Source: Candidatus Eutrophovita brisbanensis
Lineage (GTDB): Bacteria; Pseudomonadota; Gammaproteobacteria; Burkholderiales; Eutrophovitaceae
Length of the DNA: 64,000 nucleotides
Reading direction: 5' to 3'
Assembly (NCBI GenBank): GCA_038147395.1
Contig: JAYQTM010000001.1
Span: forward strand, 513,437 to 577,436
Each line of letters starts with the position of its first letter. Positions within the stretch are counted from its first letter, which is position 1. The notes below the pieces were generated by a model. The model saw only the letters and a list, made by a program, of their open reading frames with translations. It searched no databases and was not told where the DNA came from. A program made the position numbers and the translations under genes. Shown piece after piece: positions 26,653 through 36,414 of this stretch.

Positions 26653-28565
26653 ACTTGCCTCCTCCAGCGCCTGATCCAAATCAGTGCCGTTAATAGCGCA
26701 AGTCCGATGAGGAGGGTTGTCGAATTGAACGAATCAGAGTCACCATCATCTTGGCTTGCACTAGAAATACGATTGTTCTCTAACGCTTGAGATTTTTCAT
26801 CGTCAAACCACCAGTATGTTGTCGATGTGCCGGATTTTGGAGTGATCGCCGGCATGCTGAATTTATCCCAATAAAGAATCCTTTGTGAGCGAAGGTGCCA
26901 CTGTGGAATCACGTAATGTCCGTGAAGTAACACGCGATCCAGAGCTCGTGTGTGCGCAACGAGGTCTTCTCTTGTTTTCGCTCGAATTAACCCCTCAATC
27001 AATGCATCGATGACAGGGTTCTTGACACCTGCATAATTACTGGCCGCTGGCGAGTCTGCTGCCGATGATGACCACTGTCCTAGTTGTTCATTCCCTGGGG
27101 ACTCTGAAGATCCCCAGCCAGAGACAATCATATCGAAGTCAAAGCTTCTGATCCGGTTCACGTATTGGGACTGGTCGACCCGTCTTACGTTGGCTTGAAT
27201 TCCGAGCTTTGAAAGATTTCTCACAAATGGAAGCACGATTCTCTCGAAACCCTCGCTGTATAAGAGGATCTCGAATATGAAAGGCTCGCCTGTTACCGTA
27301 TTTGTGAGCCGCATATCCCGAACAGTCCATCCTGCCTGTTGCAGTAATGTCCTTGATTTTTCTAGATTGGCGCGAGGCCAACCTTCACCATCGGTTACAG
27401 GTGATTTAAATGCTGTTTGAAACAGTTTTGAGGGGAGTTGATCGCGAAATGGCGTCAAGATCGCAATCTCACGCTCAGATGGGAGATCGTTGGAAGCTAG
27501 GTCGGAATTTGAGAAAAAACTGTTGGTTCTGGTGTATTGCCCGAAGAATAAATTTTTGTTAGTCCACTCAAAATCAAACGCGTACGACAGTGCCTCACGC
27601 ACGAGAACATCTTCGAAAACAGGCCGCCGTGTGTTGTATACAAAGGCCTGCATTCCCGTCGGGTTGTGGTGTCTGATGTTGACCTTCTTGAGCAGCCCAG
27701 ATGTTACTGCAGGAGTATCGTAATCCAGAGCCCAAGCTTTAGCTTGGTTTTCCTCTCGATAGTCAATGTCACCAGATTTTATGGCCTCTCTGACTACGGT
27801 TTCATCTCTGTAGTAATCCACTCGAATCTCGTCAAAATTATTTTGTCCAACGTTTACCGGAAGACTATTTCCCCAATAATTATCGACGCGTTCCAAAATA
27901 ATAAATCGGCCCGGCTCAAACGTTTTGATCTTGTAAGGCCCACTATTTAAAGGGGGCTCTAATGTCGTTTTGGTAAAGTCTCGATTTTCCCAGTAGTGCT
28001 TTGGAAGTATTGGCATTTGTCCCACGATCAGTGGGAGTTCTCGATTACTTTTGTCTGAAAATTCGAACAACACGACATCTTTGTCAACTTTTCTCGCAGA
28101 GCTGACTCCACCGTAGTAGAACCGATAGAAGGGGTGACCCTTTTCTTTGAGCGTGTTTAGTGACCAGATAACATCTTCAACGCTAATCGGAACACCATCA
28201 TGCCAACGCGCGGATCCTCGGATCTTGAATTTAGCCCAGCTGCGGTCAGTTGGGACTTCCACGCTTTCGGCGATTAGGCCGTAGGCACTAAAAGGTTCGT
28301 CCGCGCTTGTCTTAAGCAGTGTCTCGACAGAGGCCCCAACCCCAGAATTTCCTTTTGGAATGTATGGGTTGAAGCTGTCGAATGTGCCAACAGAGGCCAG
28401 TTTGAGTGTTCCGCCTTTTGGAGCGTGTGGATTCACATAATCGAAGTGATCAAAATCTGGCAGGTACTTCGGGGAACCGTGCATCGCGATCGCGTGGGTT
28501 CCAGCTGCACCACAAATCGACGCGTATAAGGATAAAAGTGCCGATATTGCAATGGTGAATTTCAT
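26649..28565 (-). CDS. yejA: ABC transporter periplasmic substrate-binding protein (family 5), YejA-like
   Basis: 638 aa with a signal peptide. FDHFDYVNPHAPKGGTLKL and REALSYAFDFEWTNKNLFFGQYTRTNSFF match E. coli YejA as I recall it. Confidence 0.9.
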   Translation of the reverse strand: MKFTIAISALLSLYASICGAAGTHAIAMHGSPKYLPDFDHFDYVNPHAPKGGTLKLASVGTFDSFNPYIPKGNSGVGASVETLLKTSADEPFSAYGLIAESVEVPTDRSWAKFKIRGSARWHDGVPISVEDVIWSLNTLKEKGHPFYRFYYGGVSSARKVDKDVVLFEFSDKSNRELPLIVGQMPILPKHYWENRDFTKTTLEPPLNSGPYKIKTFEPGRFIILERVDNYWGNSLPVNVGQNNFDEIRVDYYRDETVVREAIKSGDIDYREENQAKAWALDYDTPAVTSGLLKKVNIRHHNPTGMQAFVYNTRRPVFEDVLVREALSYAFDFEWTNKNLFFGQYTRTNSFFSNSDLASNDLPSEREIAILTPFRDQLPSKLFQTAFKSPVTDGEGWPRANLEKSRTLLQQAGWTVRDMRLTNTVTGEPFIFEILLYSEGFERIVLPFVRNLSKLGIQANVRRVDQSQYVNRIRSFDFDMIVSGWGSSESPGNEQLGQWSSSAADSPAASNYAGVKNPVIDALIEGLIRAKTREDLVAHTRALDRVLLHGHYVIPQWHLRSQRILYWDKFSMPAITPKSGTSTTYWWFDDEKSQALENNRISSASQDDGDSDSFNSTTLLIGLALLTALIWIRRWRRQV

Positions 28566-28568
28566 GGG

Positions 28569-29057
28569 TCACTTTCCGACGATGCGCCTTGCAATCTCCG
28601 TCGTGGAAACATTGTATTCGAAAGGAATAGAGACGGTTCGCCCCCCCCAACTGGCTACCTCAGTTGAACCAACAATATTTTCGATTTCCCAGTCCCCGCC
28701 TTTCACAAGGATGTCAGGTTTCACTATTTTGATTAACTCGATCGGCGTATCGTGTTCAAAAGGAACAACGTAGTCCACGCACTCGAGTGCTGCCAAGACA
28801 ATCATTCTGTCCATTAATTTGTTGAAAGGACGATTATCCCCTTTGCCAAGACGTTTTACCGAATCGTCTGAATTCACCCCCACAAATAGCGAGCGACCCA
28901 TTGTTTTAGCTTGTTCAAGGTATGTGACATGTCCGGCGTGTAGTAGGTCGAATACTCCGTTTGTAAACACCACGGGACGACCGTTCGCACTCGCAGCCGA
29001 CCTCAACTCATCGACGTTGAGTATTTTTCGTTTAAGGGGCTTTGTTTGGATGTCCAT
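28569..29057 (-). CDS. D-glycero-beta-D-manno-heptose 1-phosphate adenylyltransferase (RfaE domain II type, stand-alone)
   Basis: 162 aa with the cytidylyltransferase motif FTNGVFDLLHAGHVTYL and VGVNSDDSV. Its stop lies 3 nt before the yejA ATG. Confidence 0.85.
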   Translation of the reverse strand: MDIQTKPLKRKILNVDELRSAASANGRPVVFTNGVFDLLHAGHVTYLEQAKTMGRSLFVGVNSDDSVKRLGKGDNRPFNKLMDRMIVLAALECVDYVVPFEHDTPIELIKIVKPDILVKGGDWEIENIVGSTEVASWGGRTVSIPFEYNVSTTEIARRIVGK

Positions 29058-29193
29058 CGCAACAGTTGATACCCCCCAAGTGGATTAAGTTCCTGTGATT
29101 ATGGAGACGAACGAATGTTACCCTGACGCCCACGTCGACAAATGCCAAGCGTTGAGGCTAGTCTTTGCCAACATCACTTTTGGGGTGTATGCG

Positions 29194-29768
29194 TCAATCA
29201 ACGTACTCAAAGATTTTTATTACTTTGACAACGTTTTTGACCGATGCCGCTATTTGAGCAGCGGTCTCACCTTCATCCCGAGCGACTAAACCCATGAGGT
29301 ACACGGTTCCAAGCTCAACAGTTGTTTTTATTCTGATGGAGCGAACATCAGCATTTTTGGTAAGTAGCGCAACGACTTGACTTTTAATAGATGCGTCTTT
29401 CGCTGCCTCCTTAAACCCGCTAAGTTCTCCAACTGTGGTTTCGTCCTTGAAATCCCGCACACTCTGGGTTTCTAGAACCATCGTGATGAGATCGTCTTTA
29501 ATATCTGCTGAAGTGACCTGACCAGTGAGTAGCACGACATGGTTGTATGCAGTTACCGTCACGTTGGTTTCCTTTGGGTACTTGTCCTTAATGCGGCTAG
29601 ATAGCTTACTCACAATAACCCTGTCGTCTACTATCGTACCCGCGGTTCTTGGGTCCTCAGAAACCATAGCAGCGCCTACGCCTGCAGAAACTACTGCCGG
29701 ACCGAGACAACCTTGCAGTGACACATAAGTAATCCCTAGCGCTAGCAGATAGAGGGTTTTCTTGATCA

Positions 29769-29769
<1 letters not shown>
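29194..29769 (-). CDS. dolP: dual-BON-domain outer-membrane lipoprotein (DolP/YraP-like)
   Basis: 191 aa with a lipobox (VSLQGC) and two BON-like repeats. It sits next to the SIS-domain gene, as in enterobacterial diaA-yraP. Confidence 0.75.
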
Positions 29770-30479
<710 letters not shown>

Positions 30480-30505
30480 TTACATTGAAGTCATTTGGCG
30501 TGTCC

Positions 30506-31381
30506 ATGGGTGATGAATTGAAAAACCAGCTATCAAAAGAGCCTGCGCTATATGTTGTGGCGACTCCCATTGGAAACATGTCAGACATCACTATCAGGAG
30601 TGTTGATATTTTGAAGGGGGTAGATGTCGTCGCCGCGGAGGATACGCGAGTGACCAGAAAACTACTCTCTAATCTGAACATTCGGACGAGGTTGATCTCT
30701 CACCGACAGCATAACGAGGGCGCATCATCAGATGGAATTCTTGATTTGCTAGCTTCTGGAAAGCGGGTCGCGCTGGTCTCTGACGCTGGAACTCCCGGAA
30801 TTAGTGACCCTGGTGGGGTTTTAGTGAGTAAAGTGAGAGCTGCTGGCTACAAAGTGATCCCTGTCCCGGGAGTCAGCGCTGTTATCACATTGCTTTCGGT
30901 GGGTGGCGCGTCTAGACCGGATTTCAGGTTTGCGGGCTTCCTGCCGAGTAAGGCGAAGGAGAGAAGGGAGGTGTTGCAAAAGCTGAGTCATGATGAGGTG
31001 CCGGTGTGCGTTTTTGAAAGTCCACATAGGATCAGTGAAGCAATGGAAGATATATGTGACATGTTCGGTCCGAATTCGATTGTGGTTTTCGGAAGGGAGA
31101 TGACAAAATTAAATGAAGAAATCATTTCCTTACCCGCGTCGAAAGCAGTTGACTGGGTAAGATCGGATGCCCACAAATCGAGGGGTGAATTCACCGTATT
31201 GATTATCCCAAATCTCAATGATTCGAAGCTAGGCGAGATTATCCCCGAGCACTTAACTCTTCTCAGAGAGTTGATAGATTGTTTGCCGTTGGGTAAAGCC
31301 GCATCCATAGTGGCTAAACACGGGGGGTACAATCGAAAGCGCGTCTATGAATTGGGTATAAAAATGAAAGAGAGCAGATGA
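30506..31381 (+). CDS. rsmI: 16S rRNA (cytidine1402-2'-O)-methyltransferase
   Basis: LYVVATPIGNMSDITIRSVDILKGVDVVAAEDTR is typical of RsmI. The start is set at the internal ATG 30506. Confidence 0.9.
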   Translation: MGDELKNQLSKEPALYVVATPIGNMSDITIRSVDILKGVDVVAAEDTRVTRKLLSNLNIRTRLISHRQHNEGASSDGILDLLASGKRVALVSDAGTPGISDPGGVLVSKVRAAGYKVIPVPGVSAVITLLSVGGASRPDFRFAGFLPSKAKERREVLQKLSHDEVPVCVFESPHRISEAMEDICDMFGPNSIVVFGREMTKLNEEIISLPASKAVDWVRSDAHKSRGEFTVLIIPNLNDSKLGEIIPEHLTLLRELIDCLPLGKAASIVAKHGGYNRKRVYELGIKMKESR

Positions 31382-32442
31382 GTCCTGGTGCGAGTAGTGT
31401 GAGTCAATTAAGTATCATTCAGCCGGATGATTTCCATGTGCATCTGAGGTCGGATGATCTACTTCCCCTGACAGTGGATCATATTTCTCGCCAGTTCGCG
31501 CGAGCCATTGTGATGCCGAATTTGCGTCCACCTGTGACAACAGCAGCGCTTGCTGCCAATTACCGCGAGGACATCCTGGCGGCAATCCCGCCTGGGCGAT
31601 CTTTTGAACCCATGATGACGCTATATCTTACCGATCGGACTCGCCCAGAGGATATTCGAGAGGCGAAACGATCTGGCTTCATATTTGCAGTTAAGTATTA
31701 TCCAGCTGGTGCCACGACGAATTCTGACTCAGGAGTTACAGACCTAAAGGCGCGCGGGAAAGTTTTTGAGGCACTGACCGATGTGGGTATGCCGCTTCTC
31801 GTTCACGGTGAGGTCACCGATCCTTCGGTCGATGTTTTCGACCGTGAGAAAAAATTTATCGATTCACAGCTCAGTTATCTTAAGGAAGAATTTCCGGGTA
31901 TGAAGATTGTTCTCGAGCACATCACAACTGAGGATGCTGTGCAGTTTGTTGACGACGCTCCAAAAAATATTGCCGCAACGATAACCGCCCATCACCTTCT
32001 AATAAATCGAAATTCGCTTTTTGTGGGAGGTATAAATCCCCATCATTATTGCCTGCCTGTTGTCAAAAGAGAGAGACACAGATTGGCGTTACTCGATGCC
32101 GCAACTTCTGGTTCAGCAAAATATTTTCTTGGCACTGACAGTGCACCACATGAGCGAGCCACGAAAGAGAGTGCCTGCGGCTGTGCAGGAATTTACTCTG
32201 CACTGACCGCAATGGAGCTATACGCGGAGGCATTTGATTCGGTTGGAAAATTAGAGGCGCTCGAATGTTTTTCGTCAATCAACGGTGCGAATTTTTACGG
32301 GCTCGAGAGGAATAAACAAAAGGCGACCTTAAGGCGAAAAATTCGTCAGGTGCCGGAGGAGCTACCTTATCAGTCGGGCACCATCGTGCCTTTTCGAAGT
32401 GGGGGGGCTGTCGACTGGAGTTTCTCCCTTGATGAAATATAG
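31378..32442 (+). CDS. pyrC: dihydroorotase (class II)
   Basis: 354 aa with the metal-binding PDDFHVHLR motif and overall colinearity with E. coli PyrC. An ATGA overlap joins it to rsmI. Confidence 0.9.
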   Translation: MSPGASSVSQLSIIQPDDFHVHLRSDDLLPLTVDHISRQFARAIVMPNLRPPVTTAALAANYREDILAAIPPGRSFEPMMTLYLTDRTRPEDIREAKRSGFIFAVKYYPAGATTNSDSGVTDLKARGKVFEALTDVGMPLLVHGEVTDPSVDVFDREKKFIDSQLSYLKEEFPGMKIVLEHITTEDAVQFVDDAPKNIAATITAHHLLINRNSLFVGGINPHHYCLPVVKRERHRLALLDAATSGSAKYFLGTDSAPHERATKESACGCAGIYSALTAMELYAEAFDSVGKLEALECFSSINGANFYGLERNKQKATLRRKIRQVPEELPYQSGTIVPFRSGGAVDWSFSLDEI

Positions 32443-32449
32443 AGATTAT

Positions 32450-32478
32450 TTATAAGTGACTGATTTTAATAGTATACT
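32450..32478 (+). promoter_or_regulatory. candidate sigma70 promoter of rnpB (TTATAA-N17-TATACT)
   Basis: The -10 TATACT is at 32473-32478, 8 nt upstream of the inferred rnpB 5' end. The -35 is weak. Confidence 0.4.
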
Positions 32479-32486
32479 TCGTTTTG

Positions 32487-32844
32487 GAAGTTAGCCGGGC
32501 AATCGCTGCCGAATAAATTCGCGCGGAGGAAAGTCCGGGCTCTATAGAGCGGGATGCCGGTTAACGGCCGGACGTCGCGAGACGATGGACAGTGCAGCAG
32601 AAAATATACCGCCCAAGATTTCTTGGGTAAGGGTGAAAAGGTGAGGTAAGAGCTCACCGCAATCCTGGTAACAGGGTTGGCAGTGTAAACCCCATCCAGA
32701 GCAAGACCAAATAGGGGGACAATGGCGTGGCTCGCGTCGTCTCCGGGTAGGTCGCTAGATTCAAAAGGTAACTTTTGAGCCAGATGAATGATTGCCTCTC
32801 GACCGATTGGTCGAAAGACAGAACCCGGCTTACAGGCTAACTTC
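32487..32844 (+). ncRNA. rnpB: RNase P RNA, bacterial type A
   Basis: The conserved blocks GGAGGAAAGTCCGGGCTC, GGTAAGGGTGAAA.GGTG.GGTAAGAGC.CACC, AGCAAG.CCAAATAGGGG and ACAGAACCCGGCTTA are present. The P1 stem pairs GAAGTTAGCC (32487-32496) with GGCTAACTTC (32835-32844). Confidence 0.93.
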
Positions 32845-32908
32845 TTCTCTCCTCTCTTCACATGCTTATTCGATGCAATGTCGTCCTGACATTCGTACAT
32901 TCTGCTTC

Positions 32909-32970
32909 TTGACCTATTCCTCAAATTCACTTAGAGTGGGAAAAAGTAGAAAAATGTGGGAAATAATGGG
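32909..32970 (+). promoter_or_regulatory. candidate Pmra promoter (TTGACC-N17-TAGAGT) followed by 10-bp-phased GTGGG boxes (putative MraZ operator)
   Basis: The -35 is at 32909-32914 and the -10 at 32932-32937. The boxes are GTGGG 32936, GTAGA 32946, GTGGG 32956 and ATGGG 32966, each separated by a 5-nt A-rich spacer. This matches the TGGGN-N5 repeat logic described for E. coli MraZ. Confidence 0.55.
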
Positions 32971-33001
32971 TTATTTGCCTACGCAGGAGCGAAATTCAGT
33001 C

Positions 33002-33445
33002 GTGTTCCAGGGGGTTATGGGGATCAATCTTGACGCAAAAGGGCGTCTTTCAATTCCGAGAAAATATCGAGATCAGCTTACCTCAAGTCAAAATAATAAG
33101 TTAGTGCTTACTTCTCATCCGCATAGATGCTTGCTCTTGTACCCCTCTGATGCGTGGGAGCCGATTCGCGAAAAAATCACCCAATTTTCCAGTTTTGATG
33201 CAAAACTAAGCCTTTGGAAAAGGTTATTGGTTGGTTTTGCGGAGGAGATGGACCTGGATGCCTCCGGTCGAGTGACTATTCCTCCAAGTCAGCGTGAGTT
33301 TGCAGAGTTGAACAAAAGAGTCATGTTGGTGGGGCAGGGCAGTCACTTTGAGATTTGGGGGCAAGACGGTTGGGATAGGCAAATATCCGTCATTGATGAT
33401 CATCCCTTTGAGATGCCTGATGGCATGGAAAATTTTTCTCTTTAG
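33002..33445 (+). CDS. mraZ: transcriptional regulator MraZ
   Basis: The GTG start at 33002 gives MFQGVMGINLDAKGRLSIP, which aligns residue-for-residue with E. coli MFRGATLVNLDSKGRLSVP. The ORF-track extension to 32792 runs into rnpB. Confidence 0.9.
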   Translation: MFQGVMGINLDAKGRLSIPRKYRDQLTSSQNNKLVLTSHPHRCLLLYPSDAWEPIREKITQFSSFDAKLSLWKRLLVGFAEEMDLDASGRVTIPPSQREFAELNKRVMLVGQGSHFEIWGQDGWDRQISVIDDHPFEMPDGMENFSL

Positions 33446-33447
33446 CC

Positions 33448-34407
33448 TTGGAAGAGTATTCGGTGACCTCAATTCGCACTGAGTCGGAGGGACACTTTTC
33501 AGTTCTTCTACACGAGGCCGTTGACGCGTTAAACGTGAGGTCGTCAGGCACATATCTAGATGGGACTTTTGGCCGGGGTGGTCACAGTAAAGAGATACTT
33601 AAAAAACTTGGCAAGGGCGGTCGCCTGATTGCAGTGGACAAGGATGCCGATGCCGTGCTCTCCGCTAATTCTTTGCCCGCGGAAAATTTTCATATTGTCC
33701 ATGGGAGTTTCGCTGATATCACTCGAATCCTATCCGGTTATCAAATAGCTGAAATCGATGGTGTTTTGCTCGACCTGGGTGTCTCGTCTCCGCAGTTAAA
33801 TGACGCAAGCCGTGGTTTCAGTTTTATGTCTGACGGCCCCTTGGACATGCGTATGGATGTCACCCAAGGCATGAGTGCTGCCAATTGGCTAAACGGTGCG
33901 AGCACCGATGAGATTACTCAAGTCCTGAAAGATTTTGGAGAGGAGCGATTCGCTAAGAATATCGCGCGAAAAATTGTCAAAGAACGACAGACATGTGAAT
34001 TGGTGTCTACCCGACAACTAGTCGATATTGTGACCGATGCGATTCCAAAAAGGTATCAGGTATTAAAGAATCCGGCGACAAGAACATTTCAAGCGATACG
34101 TATTTTTATTAACCGAGAATTGGAGGACCTAGAGCAATTCTTGCAGGACGTGATATCACGGCTAAGCGTAGGCGGGAGGATTGTGGTTATCAGTTTTCAC
34201 TCGCTAGAAGATAGGATCGTTAAAAGATTTTTTAAAAAGATATGTTCAATTGACGTTCCAGATCGTTTGCCTGTGAGGGCGAGTGAGTTGCCAAAGAGCA
34301 TGTATCGCCAGGTTGGACGAGCAGTACGGGCCAGTAGTTCTGAGATATCTCGAAATGTCAGGTCTCGCAGCGCAATCATGAGGGTTGCTGAAAGGGTCAC
34401 TGCGTGA
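33448..34407 (+). CDS. rsmH: 16S rRNA (cytosine1402-N4)-methyltransferase
   Basis: Motifs are HFSVLLHEAVDAL, DGTFGRGGHS, LLDLGVSSPQL and SFHSLEDRIVK. Confidence 0.95.
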   Translation: MEEYSVTSIRTESEGHFSVLLHEAVDALNVRSSGTYLDGTFGRGGHSKEILKKLGKGGRLIAVDKDADAVLSANSLPAENFHIVHGSFADITRILSGYQIAEIDGVLLDLGVSSPQLNDASRGFSFMSDGPLDMRMDVTQGMSAANWLNGASTDEITQVLKDFGEERFAKNIARKIVKERQTCELVSTRQLVDIVTDAIPKRYQVLKNPATRTFQAIRIFINRELEDLEQFLQDVISRLSVGGRIVVISFHSLEDRIVKRFFKKICSIDVPDRLPVRASELPKSMYRQVGRAVRASSSEISRNVRSRSAIMRVAERVTA

Positions 34408-34685
34408 AAGTCGCGTTGATATTTTTTGGTGGAATTCTCCTCTCGTCCCTTTCGCTCGTTGTGTCGAGACATGAGTCTCGCAAATTGGTTAACGAGATTG
34501 AATTGATGCGAGTCGCGGAGGCGCAAATTCGTGAGACGCAAAATAAGCTTCTTATAGAAAGAGGGTATTGGGGATCTCCATCGCGCATCGAAGAGCTCGC
34601 CGTCGCTCGCTTGAAAATGAAGTATCCCGGGCCTAAAGATGAGAGATTATTGATCGGCGTTACTAGGAGCGGTGCTGATGAATAG
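34404..34685 (+). CDS. ftsL: cell division protein FtsL
   Basis: 93 aa with a single TM helix and then a coiled coil. It sits between rsmH and ftsI, with a GTGA overlap with rsmH. Confidence 0.85.
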   Translation: MKVALIFFGGILLSSLSLVVSRHESRKLVNEIELMRVAEAQIRETQNKLLIERGYWGSPSRIEELAVARLKMKYPGPKDERLLIGVTRSGADE

Positions 34686-36414
34686 GCGTCCAAATACAGC
34701 CCTGAGTATCCGTTTCCCTGTGTGGCGAGCACGGTTCGTAGTTAGCCTATTTTTCCTTGGGTTCATCTCCTTAATTGCCAGAGCGTTCTACTGCCAAGGG
34801 GTGAATCACGAGTTTTTACAATCTGAGGCCGAGCTACGTTACGAAAGAACCAAGGAGCTTGTGGCGACGAGGGGTGTCATACGCGACAGGAATGGGGAGC
34901 CACTTGCGATCAGTGCTGAGGCTGCGAGCGTATTTGCGAATCCGTCTGAATTAAACCTCAAAGAGATTCCCAGAGAAAAAATAAAGGAATTGGCTCGGAT
35001 TCTCGGTGTCGACCATGAAGTGCTTTCGAGGCGATTGGGCCAAACGAACCGAGAGTTTGTTTATCTTAAAAGACAGGTCGCACCGCAAACTGCTGAGAAA
35101 GTTATGTCGCTCTCGTTACCAGGAGTTGCGCTACAAACTGAATATAAGCGTTATTACCCTGGTGGTGACGCGTCAGCCCATTTAATTGGATTCACCAGTG
35201 TTGATCATGCGGGGCAAGAGGGGTTGGAATATTCCTATCAGGATTGGCTCGCCGGAAAACCAGGGAGCCTTAGAGTTATTCGAGATAGGCGTGGACAAGT
35301 CGTCGAGGAGCCAGCGACTTTGGCATCAGTGGAAAACGGAAAAGAGCTCGCCTTATCGATTGATCGCAATATTCAGTATTTGGCATTTAGGGAGGCCAAA
35401 AACGCGGCTCAAGAACATCAGGCAAAGTCGGCAAGCATCGTAGTCTTAGACGTACAGAGTGGAGAAATTTTAGCTCTTGCAAATTGGCCGAGCTACAATC
35501 CAAACAATCGGCAAACGTACAAACCTGAATGGACGAGAAATAGAGCAGTAGTTGATTTGTTTGAGCCAGGATCAACGTTGAAGCCATTTACAGTGGCTGC
35601 GGCTTTGGAAGATGGCTTAATTACGCCTAAGACCCTCGTAGACATCGAGGATGGGCGTTTACGATTTGGCAAATACACGATTAAGGACACTCATCCGGAC
35701 GAGAGCTTGCTGACGGTTACAGAGATTATTCAAAAGTCGTCGAACGTTGGTTCGGTGAAGATCGCGATGATGTTACAAGCTGAGCGTTTGCGTAATTTAC
35801 TGGCAAACTCTGGTTTCGGACGTGTGACTGGAAGCAAGTTTCCTGGAGAGGTATCTGGCCAGCTCCGTCCCCTAAGCGAGTGGAAGCCAATAGATCAAGC
35901 CACCGCATCCTACGGCATGGGTATATCGGTGAGCTTATTACAACTCGCGAGGGCTTACACAATATTTGCCACTGGCGGAAAATTATTACCAGTGTCACTC
36001 GAAAAAGCTAGAGGTGACATAGATGGTGAAAGAGTCATCTCTGAGAGGACTGCGAGCCAGGTGTTGACGATGCTAGAGCAGGTTACCCGGGAGGGAGGGA
36101 CTGCGAGTTCCGCCGCAATACCCGGCTACAGAGTTGCTGGTAAAACGGGGACAGCACATAAACTTCTGGGTGGAAAGTATGCTGCAGATCTTTATTTGTC
36201 GTCTTTTGTTGGGTTGGCACCTGCGTCTGCCCCGAGGTTAATTGTAGCGGTCTCGGTAGATGAGCCAAAGGGTAAGAAATATTATGGCGGCCAGGTGGCT
36301 GCTCCAGCCTTTAAAAAGGTCATGGAGGGTGCCCTTAGAATAATGGGTGTGATGCCAGAGGTTCCCACTGAAACCCAAGAGGTTAAAGTAGTTACACCAC
36401 CGGACAAGGTATGA
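34672..36414 (+). CDS. ftsI: peptidoglycan D,D-transpeptidase FtsI (PBP3)
   Basis: 580 aa with the transpeptidase motifs STLKP (SxxK), SSN and KTGTA. Confidence 0.95.
   Translation: MLMNRRPNTALSIRFPVWRARFVVSLFFLGFISLIARAFYCQGVNHEFLQSEAELRYERTKELVATRGVIRDRNGEPLAISAEAASVFANPSELNLKEIPREKIKELARILGVDHEVLSRRLGQTNREFVYLKRQVAPQTAEKVMSLSLPGVALQTEYKRYYPGGDASAHLIGFTSVDHAGQEGLEYSYQDWLAGKPGSLRVIRDRRGQVVEEPATLASVENGKELALSIDRNIQYLAFREAKNAAQEHQAKSASIVVLDVQSGEILALANWPSYNPNNRQTYKPEWTRNRAVVDLFEPGSTLKPFTVAAALEDGLITPKTLVDIEDGRLRFGKYTIKDTHPDESLLTVTEIIQKSSNVGSVKIAMMLQAERLRNLLANSGFGRVTGSKFPGEVSGQLRPLSEWKPIDQATASYGMGISVSLLQLARAYTIFATGGKLLPVSLEKARGDIDGERVISERTASQVLTMLEQVTREGGTASSAAIPGYRVAGKTGTAHKLLGGKYAADLYLSSFVGLAPASAPRLIVAVSVDEPKGKKYYGGQVAAPAFKKVMEGALRIMGVMPEVPTETQEVKVVTPPDKV

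Noticed and set aside
32877-32893. AATGTC-N5-GACATT hairpin after rnpB as a terminator feature.
   Set aside because: It has only 6 AT-rich base pairs and a poor U-tract. It is mentioned in a finding but is too weak to annotate.
32466-32930. A 154-aa minus-strand ORF, and the N-terminal 70 codons of plus-strand ORF 32792-33445.
   Set aside because: Both lie on the RNase P RNA gene, whose conserved sequence blocks and P1 pairing are unambiguous. MraZ aligns from the GTG at 33002.
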